Positions 9,138 to 18,723 of a stretch of 32,784 nt of DNA are shown piece by piece; the first letter of the stretch is position 1, and each line of letters starts with the position of its first letter. The notes under the pieces are model-generated. The model was given only the letters and a program-made list of their open reading frames with translations. It made no database searches and was not told the DNA's origin. The stretch is taken from positions 8,734 to 41,517 of the forward strand of contig DKAR01000168.1 in the NCBI GenBank assembly GCA_002450895.1, in the 5' to 3' direction. The position numbers and the translations under genes are program-made. The stretch is from Proteobacteria bacterium UBA6921. Its GTDB lineage: Bacteria > Pseudomonadota > Gammaproteobacteria > SG8-11.

Positions 9138-10739
9138 ATGCAGATACACGACGCTGAGCCGTATCGGAAACTGACAACACCGTTGTCTGCCGAAAAATTC
9201 CGCCGTCATTTTTTACTTCTGGTTCTAATGACATGGAATATTCCGCCGATTGTCGGCTTGGGATTCATTACGTTCGTAGACATCATGACCCCGAAGCAGA
9301 TTCTCGGGATTCTTGTAACGCCGCTGGAGCCGCTTTATATCCTGGCTTGGATTGTCGGAACAGCCATCTATTTGCCGCGATACGCGGCACCGGTCTCAAA
9401 CTGGTTGGCGTCCCCGGATCCAAATCACGCGCAAAAAATGATCGACACTGTGCGCGGATTTCCGTTGCGTTTTTGGGGACTGTTTCTTGTTTACCTGCTA
9501 CTGGCGCCAGCTTCGGTCATCATTGCGGCGGAGTCCTTCACGGACTTTGTCGCATCACCCATGGATTGGTTTCGAGTTGAACTCGTTGCACTGATTGTCT
9601 CCATCATTGTGGGATTACCAATTTTTTTTCTGGTCATGGATCTGTTTGGGCGCGCGATCGGTGACATCGAACTGGCACGACCCATCGTCACGATCCGGAC
9701 CAAAGTGTTTTTGATCGGTGCGTTGGTCCCCCTGCTGATCGATACCATGTTGGTGCAATATTTCTGGTCCCGCACACGTTACTTTACCGGTGAAACATTT
9801 GTAATCTGGCTGGCACTTGAAGTTGTTGCCGTTGCCGGAAGCCTTGTCTTCGCACACAGCTTTGGTCAATCACTCCGGCCGCTACGCGCGCTGTTTTCGG
9901 CAACACCCGGCGACAACAGCGAACCGGATGGGCGGTTGAAGGCGCAATCCACGGACGAAATCGGAGTCCTGACAAATCGCTATCGCCGGCTGCTCGATAA
10001 ACAACGTGACTACAGCAAAGATCTCGAACTGCAGGTGGCTGCTCGAACCTCGGAACTTGAACGCATCAATCGCGAACTTGAAGCGTTCAGCTACTCGGTC
10101 TCCCACGACTTGCGTGCCCCGCTCCGGGGCATTGACGGTTTTAGCAAGGCCCTGCAAGAAGACTACGGGAATGTTCTCGGCATGGAAGGCACGGCGTACC
10201 TGGGTCGCATCCGGCGCGCGACCACAAAAATGGGGCAGCTGATCGACGATCTCATGAATCTTTCCCGCGTCAATCGGGTTGAACTCGAACCCGTCACGGT
10301 AAGTTTGTCTGAACTTGCCGGTGAAATCATTCAAGAACTGAGACTGCGCGATATTACGCGCCATGTTGAAACCGAAATTGGGACTGTCCCGCCAGTTCGC
10401 GGTGATGCACGGCTATTGAAAATTGCGCTGGGGAATCTTCTGGAGAACGCCTGGAAGTACACCAGCAAGACTCAAGGTGCGCGCATCGAATTTGGATCGC
10501 ACGTCGAAAACGGCGAGTGTGTTTACTATGTTCGCGACAATGGCGTCGGCTTTGATCCAACGTATTCTGACAAACTATTCGGTGCGTTCCAGCGCCTGCA
10601 TACAGAATCCGATTTTCCCGGCACCGGTATTGGCCTGGCCACCTGTCAGCGCATCATTCACCGTCACGGCGGTCGCGTGTTTGCGCAGGGAAGTCCGGGA
10701 CACGGCGCATGCTTCAGTTTTACTCTGGGCCAGGTCTGA
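9138..10739 (+). CDS. Multi-TM sensor histidine kinase (HAMP-like, HisKA, HATPase)
   Basis: About 5-6 hydrophobic segments, DEIGVL, H-box FSYSVSHDLRAPL, N-box NLLENAWKY, DNGVGF, LFGAFQRL, GTGIGLA. Start could be 9084 or 9138. Confidence 0.92.
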   Translation: MQIHDAEPYRKLTTPLSAEKFRRHFLLLVLMTWNIPPIVGLGFITFVDIMTPKQILGILVTPLEPLYILAWIVGTAIYLPRYAAPVSNWLASPDPNHAQKMIDTVRGFPLRFWGLFLVYLLLAPASVIIAAESFTDFVASPMDWFRVELVALIVSIIVGLPIFFLVMDLFGRAIGDIELARPIVTIRTKVFLIGALVPLLIDTMLVQYFWSRTRYFTGETFVIWLALEVVAVAGSLVFAHSFGQSLRPLRALFSATPGDNSEPDGRLKAQSTDEIGVLTNRYRRLLDKQRDYSKDLELQVAARTSELERINRELEAFSYSVSHDLRAPLRGIDGFSKALQEDYGNVLGMEGTAYLGRIRRATTKMGQLIDDLMNLSRVNRVELEPVTVSLSELAGEIIQELRLRDITRHVETEIGTVPPVRGDARLLKIALGNLLENAWKYTSKTQGARIEFGSHVENGECVYYVRDNGVGFDPTYSDKLFGAFQRLHTESDFPGTGIGLATCQRIIHRHGGRVFAQGSPGHGACFSFTLGQV

Positions 10740-10751
10740 GTTGCACTGCGT

Positions 10752-11165
10752 CTACGACTTGCTGACCGGCGCAATTCCGAGAACATCCCGATTACGCATG
10801 TGATCTGCAGTTTTGAAAAGCGACTGTTTCAGGTGTTCGCGGGTAATCGAATCCATCTCGGTTTCATCGAGCGCGCGGGTCATGCACATCATCCAGGCAT
10901 CCCGTTCCGCCGCGCCGATGGGAAAAGGCAGATGACGCGCCCGCAACATTGGATGGCCATACTCCTGAATATAGAGCTGCGGACCGCCGGTCCAGCCGGA
11001 AAGGAACTTGTATAGCTTGTCGCGCGATCCGGACAAATTGGCCGGATGCAGATCGCGGATTATTTTCGCTTCCGGCAATGCGTCCATGAGATCGTAAAAA
11101 CGATCCACCAGTCGACGCACGCCGGCGTCACCACCCAACTTTTCAAACAAGGACTGCATTGTCAT
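10752..11165 (-). CDS. Group II truncated hemoglobin (trHbO-like)
   Basis: SLFEKLGG...LVDRFYD, FLSGWTGGPQLY, GHPMLRARHLPFPIG..ERDAWM.CM, ADHMRN. Confidence 0.93.
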   Translation of the reverse strand: MTMQSLFEKLGGDAGVRRLVDRFYDLMDALPEAKIIRDLHPANLSGSRDKLYKFLSGWTGGPQLYIQEYGHPMLRARHLPFPIGAAERDAWMMCMTRALDETEMDSITREHLKQSLFKTADHMRNRDVLGIAPVSKS

Positions 11166-11257
11166 CTTTCCAGTTTTAAGAATCTCAAACTGCGCCATGG
11201 AATTATACCGGACATTGGCTAAACTCCTTTCGAAACTGTTGGCGAGTTCTCGGTTTT

Positions 11258-11713
11258 ATGCGCGTTTTGCTTTTTGCCGCTCTTATGGCAGGTCTTTCGA
11301 GCCCGAGTGCTTTCGCCGCTCCGGATCCGGCTGAACTGCAATGCGGCGCGAAGTTCAGTGCCCCGGCAGACATACAAAAATGCCTGTCGGATGCGTTGGA
11401 ACAGGCGGAGCTCAAACTTGCCCAGGCGCAGGATCAGCTCAAGCTCGCACTGCAGGAAGCCCGCCCACAACTCAGGAACTTGCATACCCGCACGCTTGAA
11501 GCCGTGGAGTCGATGATGAACAAGGCGCAGGATGCATGGCGCGATTTTCGCGAGAACCGTTGCGAGTACTTGCGTGACCTTCACGGGGCGCTCGGCGAAG
11601 ACGCCATGGAATACACGGCGTGCGGTCTCAAGATGGTACGAGAGCGCACCCGGGAACTGGTGGAGGAAGCGCGCTTTTGGTCGGATAAACTCCCGGCCGC
11701 GTCTCAGCCGTAA
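11258..11713 (+). CDS. LprI/DUF1311-family secreted protein (lysozyme inhibitor-like)
   Basis: Signal peptide (..SAFA); C..DIQKCL, AQDAWRDFRENRC and C....RERTREL pattern. Confidence 0.8.
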   Translation: MRVLLFAALMAGLSSPSAFAAPDPAELQCGAKFSAPADIQKCLSDALEQAELKLAQAQDQLKLALQEARPQLRNLHTRTLEAVESMMNKAQDAWRDFRENRCEYLRDLHGALGEDAMEYTACGLKMVRERTRELVEEARFWSDKLPAASQP

Positions 11714-11731
11714 ACTTGCCGTTCCACAGCG

Positions 11732-12280
11732 TTAGTCATCGTTCGCAATCGGCAATTTGATTCGGCCAGCCGATACGAGTTCGTCAATGTATCCCAGCTT
11801 TGACATGTCGCGGATCCGCATTGGGTAAAGCACGCCATCCAGATGGTCGCACTCATGTTGCACTACGCGCGCGTGAAACCCGTCGACGGTGCGGTCGATC
11901 GCCGCGCCTTTGGGATCGAACCCGCAATAACGAATCCGGTCAAATCGCTCAACCTGGCCACGTAATCCGGGCACGGACAAGCAGCCCTCCCAATCTTCGC
12001 TCTTCTCACTGCCGATCGGCTCAATGACGGGGTTGAGCAGCACGGTGACCGGAACCGATTCTCGCCCGGGATAGCGCGGATTGGAGTCGAAACCGAAGAT
12101 TACGATGCGCAGGCCGATACCGATTTGCGGCGCCGCCAATCCCGCGCCGTTCGCGACCTTCATCGTATCGAACATGTCCGCGATCAACGCATGCAGCTCC
12201 GGTGTGTCGAACGCGGTCACAGGTTCGGCCACCTGGTTTAGAAATGGATTTCCCATGCGCAGAATCTTGCGGGCGGTCAT
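11732..12280 (-). CDS. def: Peptide deformylase
   Basis: [27 protein letters not shown]. Start [12 protein letters not shown] at 12280. No fmt adjacent, so possibly a second copy. Confidence 0.96.
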   Translation of the reverse strand: MTARKILRMGNPFLNQVAEPVTAFDTPELHALIADMFDTMKVANGAGLAAPQIGIGLRIVIFGFDSNPRYPGRESVPVTVLLNPVIEPIGSEKSEDWEGCLSVPGLRGQVERFDRIRYCGFDPKGAAIDRTVDGFHARVVQHECDHLDGVLYPMRIRDMSKLGYIDELVSAGRIKLPIANDD

Positions 12281-12317
12281 AGGCAGACATTTGAAAATGG
12301 AGTTAGTATTAGCCCCC

Positions 12318-13235
12318 ATGTTAATCGAATCCCGAAAATTGCGGCACCTCGTCTGCGCGCTTGTCACCATTGTGGCATCCGGCAATGTGTGGGCCGCCGG
12401 CGAAAAAGAGAAAGAAGCACCGACGGTTTATCACCTGGAAGTGGTGCTGTTTCGGCACGCAGACACGCAAGCGGTCGCCAAGGAACGCTGGCCGGAGATC
12501 TATGGCGTCGACTCCGTCGACCGTCTCGTCTATGTCACACCACAGCCGCTCGCGCCCGTTGCTGCGCCGACCCCGGTCGCCGCGCCAGCGACAAAACCCG
12601 GCGCGACCAAGCCTGCGGTCGCCACAGCGCCGCCACCAGCAGCTCCTGCCGCGCCCGATCCGAGTGCAGACTGGTTTCATTTCCTGGGACAACGCGACTT
12701 CAAGCTCACTTCGACCGTCGCCAAGATTTCCAAATTGCCGGGCTATGAAGTCCTGCTGCATACCGCCTGGCGCCAACCCGCGTTTGATTTTCAGGAAAGC
12801 GCGGCAGCCTACGTTTTTGATGGCATGCTCTTTCCGGAACACTCCATGGCCGACCTCGCCTCTTCCACAGTGAGTACGCCGGTGGAGGAGGAACCGCCGA
12901 GCCCGGAATTCAACCCACCGCGATTTTCCGGAACCATCAAGCTCGCCGCAGGACGCTATTTGCACGTCGCGCTGGATCTTTTGTTACGCGGCGTCGCGCA
13001 AACTCCGGAGTCCGTGGATGCCGCAGGAAACCTGGTGGAAAACCCGCACTACGTCATCCAGGGATATCGACTGAACGAAACGCGGCGCGTGAGAATCGGT
13101 GAGGTGCACTACTTCGACCATCCCGCCTTTGGCGCGCTGGTCCTGGTTGCCGCGACAGAAAAGAAGAAAGGCGCCAACGTTGAGAAGGAAACCGTCGGCG
13201 ACGCACCGATACCTTCCGGCGGTCCAGACGACTAG
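12318..13235 (+). CDS. csiV: CsiV-family peptidoglycan-binding periplasmic protein
   Basis: Signal peptide, [66 protein letters not shown]. Contains a Pro/Ala-rich insert. Confidence 0.85.
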   Translation: MLIESRKLRHLVCALVTIVASGNVWAAGEKEKEAPTVYHLEVVLFRHADTQAVAKERWPEIYGVDSVDRLVYVTPQPLAPVAAPTPVAAPATKPGATKPAVATAPPPAAPAAPDPSADWFHFLGQRDFKLTSTVAKISKLPGYEVLLHTAWRQPAFDFQESAAAYVFDGMLFPEHSMADLASSTVSTPVEEEPPSPEFNPPRFSGTIKLAAGRYLHVALDLLLRGVAQTPESVDAAGNLVENPHYVIQGYRLNETRRVRIGEVHYFDHPAFGALVLVAATEKKKGANVEKETVGDAPIPSGGPDD

Positions 13236-13245
13236 GCGCAAAGAA

Positions 13246-13986
13246 TTACAACGTCGGGATGACTTTTTCCAGCAAGGCCCGAACGCGATCGATCCCGGCC
13301 ACCAGATTTTTTTCGATGTCTTCCATGGTGATTTCAGCGGGTCCGCGTCCTGCGGCCTGGTTCGCAATGACGGCACACGTCGCGTAACACAGCTCGAGTT
13401 CGCGCGCCAAGGCGGCTTCTGGCATGCCCGTCATTCCGACGATATCGCAGCCGTCACGCTCCATTCGATTGATCTCCGCCGCCGTCTCCAGGCGTGGACC
13501 TTGAGTTGCGCCGTACGTTCCGCGGTCAGCAATCGGAATCCCCGCGTCCCGTGCCGCCGCCAGCAGCGCCTCCCGCAGTTCCTCACAATACGGATGCGTG
13601 AAATCGATATGGGTGACGTGCGTGAGGCCTTCTTCAAAAAACGTGTTCACACGCGACCACGTGTAGTCGACGATCTGGTCCGGGATGATCAGGCTGGCGG
13701 GCGCCAGATCCGCACGAATGCCGCCCACGGCGGCGACGGCGATTATTTTTTCGACGCCAGCTTCTTTCAACGTCCAAAGATTGGCTCGGTAGTTCACCTT
13801 GTGCGGCGGAATTGTGTGTCCGTATCCATGACGCGGCAGGAAAATGATGTCTTGGCCATTGAGGACACCCCGTGTGATGGGTCCCGACGGTTCCCCGTAC
13901 GGCGTCTGGACGATCTGGCGTTCCTTGATCTCAAGGTTCTTGAGTGATGTCAGTCCGGTACCGCCGATGATTGCAATCTTTGTCAC
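13246..13986 (-). CDS. S-methyl-5'-thioinosine/thioadenosine phosphorylase (MTI phosphorylase type)
   Basis: IAIIGGTG, TPYG.PS, RHG.GHTIPPH.VNYRAN, GPRLETAAEI, VGMTGMPEA. Has VIANQAAG rather than the MTAP TDYD motif. Confidence 0.92.
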   Translation of the reverse strand: MTKIAIIGGTGLTSLKNLEIKERQIVQTPYGEPSGPITRGVLNGQDIIFLPRHGYGHTIPPHKVNYRANLWTLKEAGVEKIIAVAAVGGIRADLAPASLIIPDQIVDYTWSRVNTFFEEGLTHVTHIDFTHPYCEELREALLAAARDAGIPIADRGTYGATQGPRLETAAEINRMERDGCDIVGMTGMPEAALARELELCYATCAVIANQAAGRGPAEITMEDIEKNLVAGIDRVRALLEKVIPTL

Positions 13987-14004
13987 GTGTTCCCCACTTC
14001 CTGT

Positions 14005-14556
14005 TTACGAGCCTTTTACCGCGAAGATGCCCTTCGCATTACGAAGATAGCCTTTGTAATCCATTCCGAAACCAAACACATATCGGTCATCGACTTCGAG
14101 CCCGACAAAATCTGCTTCGAACCCGTTCTTGCGATCGTGGCGTTTGTTCACCAGCACCGCGCTGTAGACCGCGGACGCACCATCGGCCTTGCACGCCTTC
14201 ACGATTTCCGCGAGCGTGATGCCTTCGTCGAGAATATCGTCGACCGCAATCACCACGCGCCCCTTAAGCGGTACGCGCGGCCGGGCGATCCATGCCAGTT
14301 GCCCGCCCTGCGTCTGGTTCGCGTAGCGCGTTGCATGCACGTAGTCGAGCCGCAGCGGAAAGCGCAATCGCGGCAAGAGCTGGCCTGTCAGGATAATCCC
14401 ACCGGTCATCACACACAGGATCAACGGATCGAGTCCATCGACTTTGCGTGTAATGGCGGTCGCCAGTTTATCAATCGCCGTCTGAACCTCTTCGGCGGTG
14501 TAAAGACATTCAGCCTCTTCGCTGACGCGTTTGGCTTCCTCGGCGGTAATCGACAT
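14005..14556 (-). CDS. hpt: Hypoxanthine-guanine phosphoribosyltransferase
   Basis: PRPP-binding VIAVDDILDEGITL, DYVHATRY, DRYVFGFGMDYKG. Start MSITAEE with AGAGG SD. Confidence 0.92.
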   Translation of the reverse strand: MSITAEEAKRVSEEAECLYTAEEVQTAIDKLATAITRKVDGLDPLILCVMTGGIILTGQLLPRLRFPLRLDYVHATRYANQTQGGQLAWIARPRVPLKGRVVIAVDDILDEGITLAEIVKACKADGASAVYSAVLVNKRHDRKNGFEADFVGLEVDDRYVFGFGMDYKGYLRNAKGIFAVKGS

Positions 14557-14612
14557 GGCCTCTTCTCTATGACGTTCCGCGCGGCGCGCGGCCGCCACCA
14601 GAGTAATACACG

Positions 14613-15665
14613 TTAGAGCTTCAAATCGAGCGTTGAATCTTCTGCCAGTTCGTTGAGCTTGGTGACAGCGCGATGCCACTCCGCCTGCTGGAAGAGTTCC
14701 TCGCGAGTGATCGGTTTTCGTCCATGCATGCGAATCAGGCGGGCGTGCGCCGCCGGGTCGTCATAGTGCCCGAGTCCGTCCAGTACTTCCATGGCTCGTT
14801 CCGGCTTGTTGCACACCAGCGCCATGTCGCACCCGGCGGCCAACGCGGCGCGCGCACGATCCACATAGCTTCCGGCCACGCTGGCACCTTCCATACTCAG
14901 GTCATCGCTGAAAATAACCCCCTGAAATCCAAGCCGTGCGCGCAATACATCCTTAAGCCAGAACGCGGAAAACCCGGCGGGCCGCGAATCCACGGCGGTG
15001 TAGTTCACATGGGCCGGCATGATCGCTTCCATGCCGAAGTGCACCATGCGCTCAAACGGCACCATGTCATCAACGCTGATTTCGTCCAGCGTGCGCGGAT
15101 CCACCGGAATATCGACATGGGAATCCGCCACGCAACTCCCATGTCCGGGAAAGTGTTTCCCGGTCGCGGCCATACCAGCGAAGTGCATGCCGCGCATGTA
15201 GGCATGGGCGAGATCAGCAACCGCATCCGGCATGCTGTGAAATGCGCGATCGCCGATGACCTGGCTGACGCCACGATCCAGATCCAGCACGGGCGTGAAA
15301 CTGAAATCGATACCGACGGCGCGCAATTCAACCGCCATAACCCAGCCGAAGGTTTCGGCCAGCTCGCGCGCATGTCGCGGGTCGCGGTCATACAAGTGAC
15401 CCAGGCGGCGCACGGGTGGCAAGCGCGTGAAGCCGTCGCGAAACCGCTGCACGCGGCCGCCTTCATGATCCACGCACACGAGCAATGGCGGCGTCCGCAG
15501 CGCGTGAATTTCCGCGGTCAGTGCCGCAATCTGTTCCGGGCTTTCAAAATTGCGCGAAAAATAAATGACCGCCCCGACGAGCGGATGCAAAAGCATCTCC
15601 CGCTCTTCCGGCAGCAGCGTTTTGCCCTTCAAATCCACCATGACGGGGCCGAGCGACATCGTCAT
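14613..15665 (-). CDS. nagZ: Beta-N-acetylhexosaminidase NagZ
   Basis: [18 protein letters not shown]...[21 protein letters not shown]. Confidence 0.97.
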   Translation of the reverse strand: MTMSLGPVMVDLKGKTLLPEEREMLLHPLVGAVIYFSRNFESPEQIAALTAEIHALRTPPLLVCVDHEGGRVQRFRDGFTRLPPVRRLGHLYDRDPRHARELAETFGWVMAVELRAVGIDFSFTPVLDLDRGVSQVIGDRAFHSMPDAVADLAHAYMRGMHFAGMAATGKHFPGHGSCVADSHVDIPVDPRTLDEISVDDMVPFERMVHFGMEAIMPAHVNYTAVDSRPAGFSAFWLKDVLRARLGFQGVIFSDDLSMEGASVAGSYVDRARAALAAGCDMALVCNKPERAMEVLDGLGHYDDPAAHARLIRMHGRKPITREELFQQAEWHRAVTKLNELAEDSTLDLKL

Positions 15666-15759
15666 TGATTCCTGTTGTTTCGACTATTTGCCTTGAAGTG
15701 TAGCGTGCAAGTGCGTGAAGCACCAATGAAACGAGGGCCAACGAACTTCGCGTCGTGCA

Positions 15760-16245
15760 TTACCCTTCGATCACGACACGGGTTCCCGACGGCACGCGCT
15801 CAAACAAGTCGATCACCTCGGCGTTGCGCATTTTCACACAGCCGTGTGAACTCGGAATGCCCATCGCGTCTTCGTCAGGGCATCCGTGGATGTAGATGTA
15901 GCGACGCATGGTATCCACGTTGCCGAAACGATTCTTGCCCGGCTCCTTGCCACTGAGCCAGAGAATGCGCGTGAGAATCCAGTCGCGATTCGGAAATTTT
16001 TCGCGATACCCGGGTTCGAATACCTCTCCGGTCGGGCGACGGCGAACGAACACCGTGTTGGCCGGCGCGCCGGCGCCGATCTTGGCGCGGATTACGTGCA
16101 CGCCGCGCGGCGTGCATTCACTGCCGTTGATTTCGCCGGCGCCGTTCTTCGCCGTTGAAACAGAATAGGATCTTACGACGCGCTCGCCTTCCATCAGGTC
16201 GAGCCGCTGCTTCGGTATGGAAACCTTGATCCAGAGTTGGGTCAT
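15760..16245 (-). CDS. YkuD-family L,D-transpeptidase-fold protein without signal peptide (ElsL-like L,D-carboxypeptidase candidate)
   Basis: YSVSTAKNG, TPRG, YIYIHG...SHGCVKM. No hydrophobic N-terminus from either start (16245 or 16269). Confidence 0.88.
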   Translation of the reverse strand: MTQLWIKVSIPKQRLDLMEGERVVRSYSVSTAKNGAGEINGSECTPRGVHVIRAKIGAGAPANTVFVRRRPTGEVFEPGYREKFPNRDWILTRILWLSGKEPGKNRFGNVDTMRRYIYIHGCPDEDAMGIPSSHGCVKMRNAEVIDLFERVPSGTRVVIEG

Positions 16246-16284
16246 ACGTGCATCACGCGCGTGGAACACCCTGACAGTGTGCGG

Positions 16285-17550
16285 TCAGGTCGCCGCTCCG
16301 TTCTTTGATCCCTTCCACGGAGCAAAACGGTTCAGGATCACCAAACCGGGAATCGCAATGATCGTACACGCGATATAAAAACCGGACCAGCCAAGCACCT
16401 CGGCCATCCAACCGGTAGGGGCGGACGCGATCACACGTGGAATTCCCATCAGACTTGTCAGCAAGGCGTATTGCGTGGCCGTGAAGCGTTTGTCGGCCAA
16501 TGATCCCATGAAAGCAACAAACGCCGACGTGCCCATACCCGCCGACAGATTTTCAACAGTGATCACCGCGGACAGCGCCGTGACGTTGTAGCCGATGTTC
16601 GCCAGCGCGACGAACCCAAGCGTTGCGACCATCTGCAGAAACCCGAAGATCCACAAGGAGCGGTTGATGCCCCACCGCAAGATGAGAATCCCGCCCAGCG
16701 TGCCGCCAATGATCGTGGCCCAGAAACCAAACAGCTTCACGACGACGCCGATTTCCGTTTTGGAGAATCCGAGATCCAGATAGAACGGCGTTGTGATTGA
16801 CGTTGCCATCGCTTCGCCGAGTTTGTAGAGCAGGATGAAGGCGAGAAACAGAACCGCCCCTTCGCGCCTGAAATATTCGACAAACGGATCGACGACGGCA
16901 GCCCGGATCGTGCGCGGGGCGCCGGCCGCTTTCTCCGGTTCCGGTGCGAGCAGCGTGATGATGATACCCACCAACATGACGCCCGCCATCAACTGATACA
17001 CAGCCGAAAACGGCATCAAGTCGGCCAAAATCAATCCGCCGCCGCTGGCAAGCAACATTCCAACGCGATAACCATTGACGTAGAGCGCGGATCCCAAGCC
17101 CAACTCTCGATCCGCAAGCGCTTCGCGCCGATACGCATCGATAACAATATCCTGCGACGCGGAGCAAAAGGTAACGGCCAGCGCCATTGCGGCGAGCAAC
17201 CATGGATGCTCGGCGGGTTGCGAAAGACTCAGCCCGATCAACGCTATGATCAAACTGACTTGAGTAATCATCAGCCAACCGCGGCGCCGACCGAACAGCG
17301 GTGGTGTGAAACGATCCATCACCGGGGCCCAAACAAATTTCAATGTGTACGGCAACCCAACCAGCGCAAACAAGCCAATGACGGAAAGGTCTACGCCCTC
17401 CTGCTTCATCCAGGCTTGCAGTACGGTTCCGGTCAGCAGCAGCGGAAGTCCGGAAGCGAATCCCATCCCCAGCGCGATGATCATGCGCGCGCTGAAAATG
17501 GTGCGCAGTGTCTCGAACCACGAGCGCGCGGAAACGGGTTCAGTGGACAT
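16285..17550 (-). CDS. ampG: AmpG muropeptide MFS permease
   Basis: GFASGLPLLL, LKFVWAP..DR, GRRRGW, SASQDIVIDAYRRE, FTATQYALLTSL. Confidence 0.95.
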   Translation of the reverse strand: MSTEPVSARSWFETLRTIFSARMIIALGMGFASGLPLLLTGTVLQAWMKQEGVDLSVIGLFALVGLPYTLKFVWAPVMDRFTPPLFGRRRGWLMITQVSLIIALIGLSLSQPAEHPWLLAAMALAVTFCSASQDIVIDAYRREALADRELGLGSALYVNGYRVGMLLASGGGLILADLMPFSAVYQLMAGVMLVGIIITLLAPEPEKAAGAPRTIRAAVVDPFVEYFRREGAVLFLAFILLYKLGEAMATSITTPFYLDLGFSKTEIGVVVKLFGFWATIIGGTLGGILILRWGINRSLWIFGFLQMVATLGFVALANIGYNVTALSAVITVENLSAGMGTSAFVAFMGSLADKRFTATQYALLTSLMGIPRVIASAPTGWMAEVLGWSGFYIACTIIAIPGLVILNRFAPWKGSKNGAAT

Positions 17551-17558
17551 AGGGGAAT

Positions 17559-18038
17559 TTAGGCTTCGTGCTTCCAGTTCTTGTAGGGATTGTTCACCAG
17601 CATGACGTTGTAGTAACGCTTGTCGTGCGAGACTTCCCTGCCCAACCAGGCCGGGCGTTCAAAAACTTCGTCTTCGCTCTTCAACTCGAGTTCAGCAACA
17701 ACCAGCTCCTCATTGTCACCTTCGAACACATCAATCTCCCATACGTGATTGGCATTTTCGACGTGATAGCGTGTCTTTTCTATTACGGGTCCTTCGCACA
17801 GGGTCTTGAGCATGTCTTCTGCATCCCGGACCGGAATGGCGTACTCGTATTCGTGGCGCGAAATGCCCAGCGTCGCGCTCTTGATGTTCAGGCGCGCCAC
17901 ATCCCCTTCGATACGCACGCGTACGGAAGCTGATTTGGGTTCGCACAGATATCCCTGTTTGAAACGGACGCCATGGTCTGCGGCAGACCGCCAGGAGTCA
18001 TTGAGGACGAGAAACTTTCGTTCTATTTCTTGTGGCAT
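17559..18038 (-). CDS. CYTH-domain protein (triphosphatase/adenylate cyclase-like)
   Basis: EIERKFLV (ExExK), QGYL, VRVR, R.EYEY, IEKTRY, WEIDVF, AELEL, WLGREVS.D.RY.N. Confidence 0.93.
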   Translation of the reverse strand: MPQEIERKFLVLNDSWRSAADHGVRFKQGYLCEPKSASVRVRIEGDVARLNIKSATLGISRHEYEYAIPVRDAEDMLKTLCEGPVIEKTRYHVENANHVWEIDVFEGDNEELVVAELELKSEDEVFERPAWLGREVSHDKRYYNVMLVNNPYKNWKHEA

Positions 18039-18116
18039 CGTCGGGTTCCAGTGTCAGTCGCGAAAGTGTGGCCATGGTATGACAGTGACGCGCGATTGTG
18101 TAATTCTGCCTCGCTC

Positions 18117-18545
18117 ATGGAACCCTTCTTTTTCTACGGCACACTTTGGACCGGAACGGCCAGCCCGCGCATGAACGCACTGGTCCAACGCTATTGCACC
18201 CCGCTTGAATCCGGCTATTTTCGCGGCCGGCTCTACGACACCGGATCGTATCCAGTCGCGGTTCGCAGCGACGAAGATGCTGAGCGTATCCACGGCATGC
18301 TGTACGAATTGCGACATCCCGAACGCTGGCTGGCTGAACTCGACCGTTACGAATCATTTGACCCGACAAACGCCACAGCAAGCGAATATCTGCGTACCCT
18401 GGTTCCCGTGATTTCTGAAACCGGAACTACTCGAGATGCGTGGGTTTATGTGTTTAATCGGCGCACGAAATTTTTGCGCCGTATCGCTCACGGCAACTAC
18501 TCGCGGTACCTGGCGGGCCGCCCTTCTCCCCCCGCTCTGACCTAG
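18117..18545 (+). CDS. Gamma-glutamylcyclotransferase (AIG2-like)
   Basis: FFYGTL, G.LYD.G.YP, LDRYE, AWVYV. Confidence 0.88.
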   Translation: MEPFFFYGTLWTGTASPRMNALVQRYCTPLESGYFRGRLYDTGSYPVAVRSDEDAERIHGMLYELRHPERWLAELDRYESFDPTNATASEYLRTLVPVISETGTTRDAWVYVFNRRTKFLRRIAHGNYSRYLAGRPSPPALT

Positions 18546-18622
18546 CGCCTGCAACTCTTTGTAATTGCGCCGTTCGACAGCCCGTTTCGTCGAAACCCGC
18601 CTTTGGCCACCCGCCTATCTTG

Positions 18623-18686
18623 AAAAACGGGCTACATATCCCATTTTTTGTTGACAGCACGTAAAAACGGGCTCAATATCCCGTTT
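18623..18686 (+). promoter_or_regulatory. Sigma70 promoter with two tandem GGG-N8-CCC operators upstream of DUF6502 copy 1
   Basis: AAAAACGGGCTACATATCCCATTTTT (18623-18648) and AAAAACGGGCTCAATATCCCGTTT (18663-18686), 40 bp apart. TTGACA (18651-18656) lies between them. A 17-bp spacer puts a weak -10 (CAATAT, 18674-18679) inside operator 2. Confidence 0.7.
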
Positions 18687-18723
18687 CACAAGATGTAGAG
18701 CCACCAGCCAGCGAGAGGGAACG

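Noticed and set aside
12081-12385. Apparent 300-bp overlap of def and csiV in the ORF track
   Set aside because: It disappears with the motif-supported starts at 12280 (def) and 12318 (csiV).
1-18038. Phosphate theme linking the PhoX-like gene, the PhnD-like protein and CYTH
   Set aside because: The genes are in separate transcription units, only the first has a Pho-box-like site, and the binding protein lacks the canonical ligand motif.
18573-18594. TTCGAC-N10-GTCGAA inverted repeat containing GCCCGTTT, an operator-like half-site
   Set aside because: Short stem, no U-tract and no matching GGG arm, so it is supported neither as a terminator nor as a full operator.
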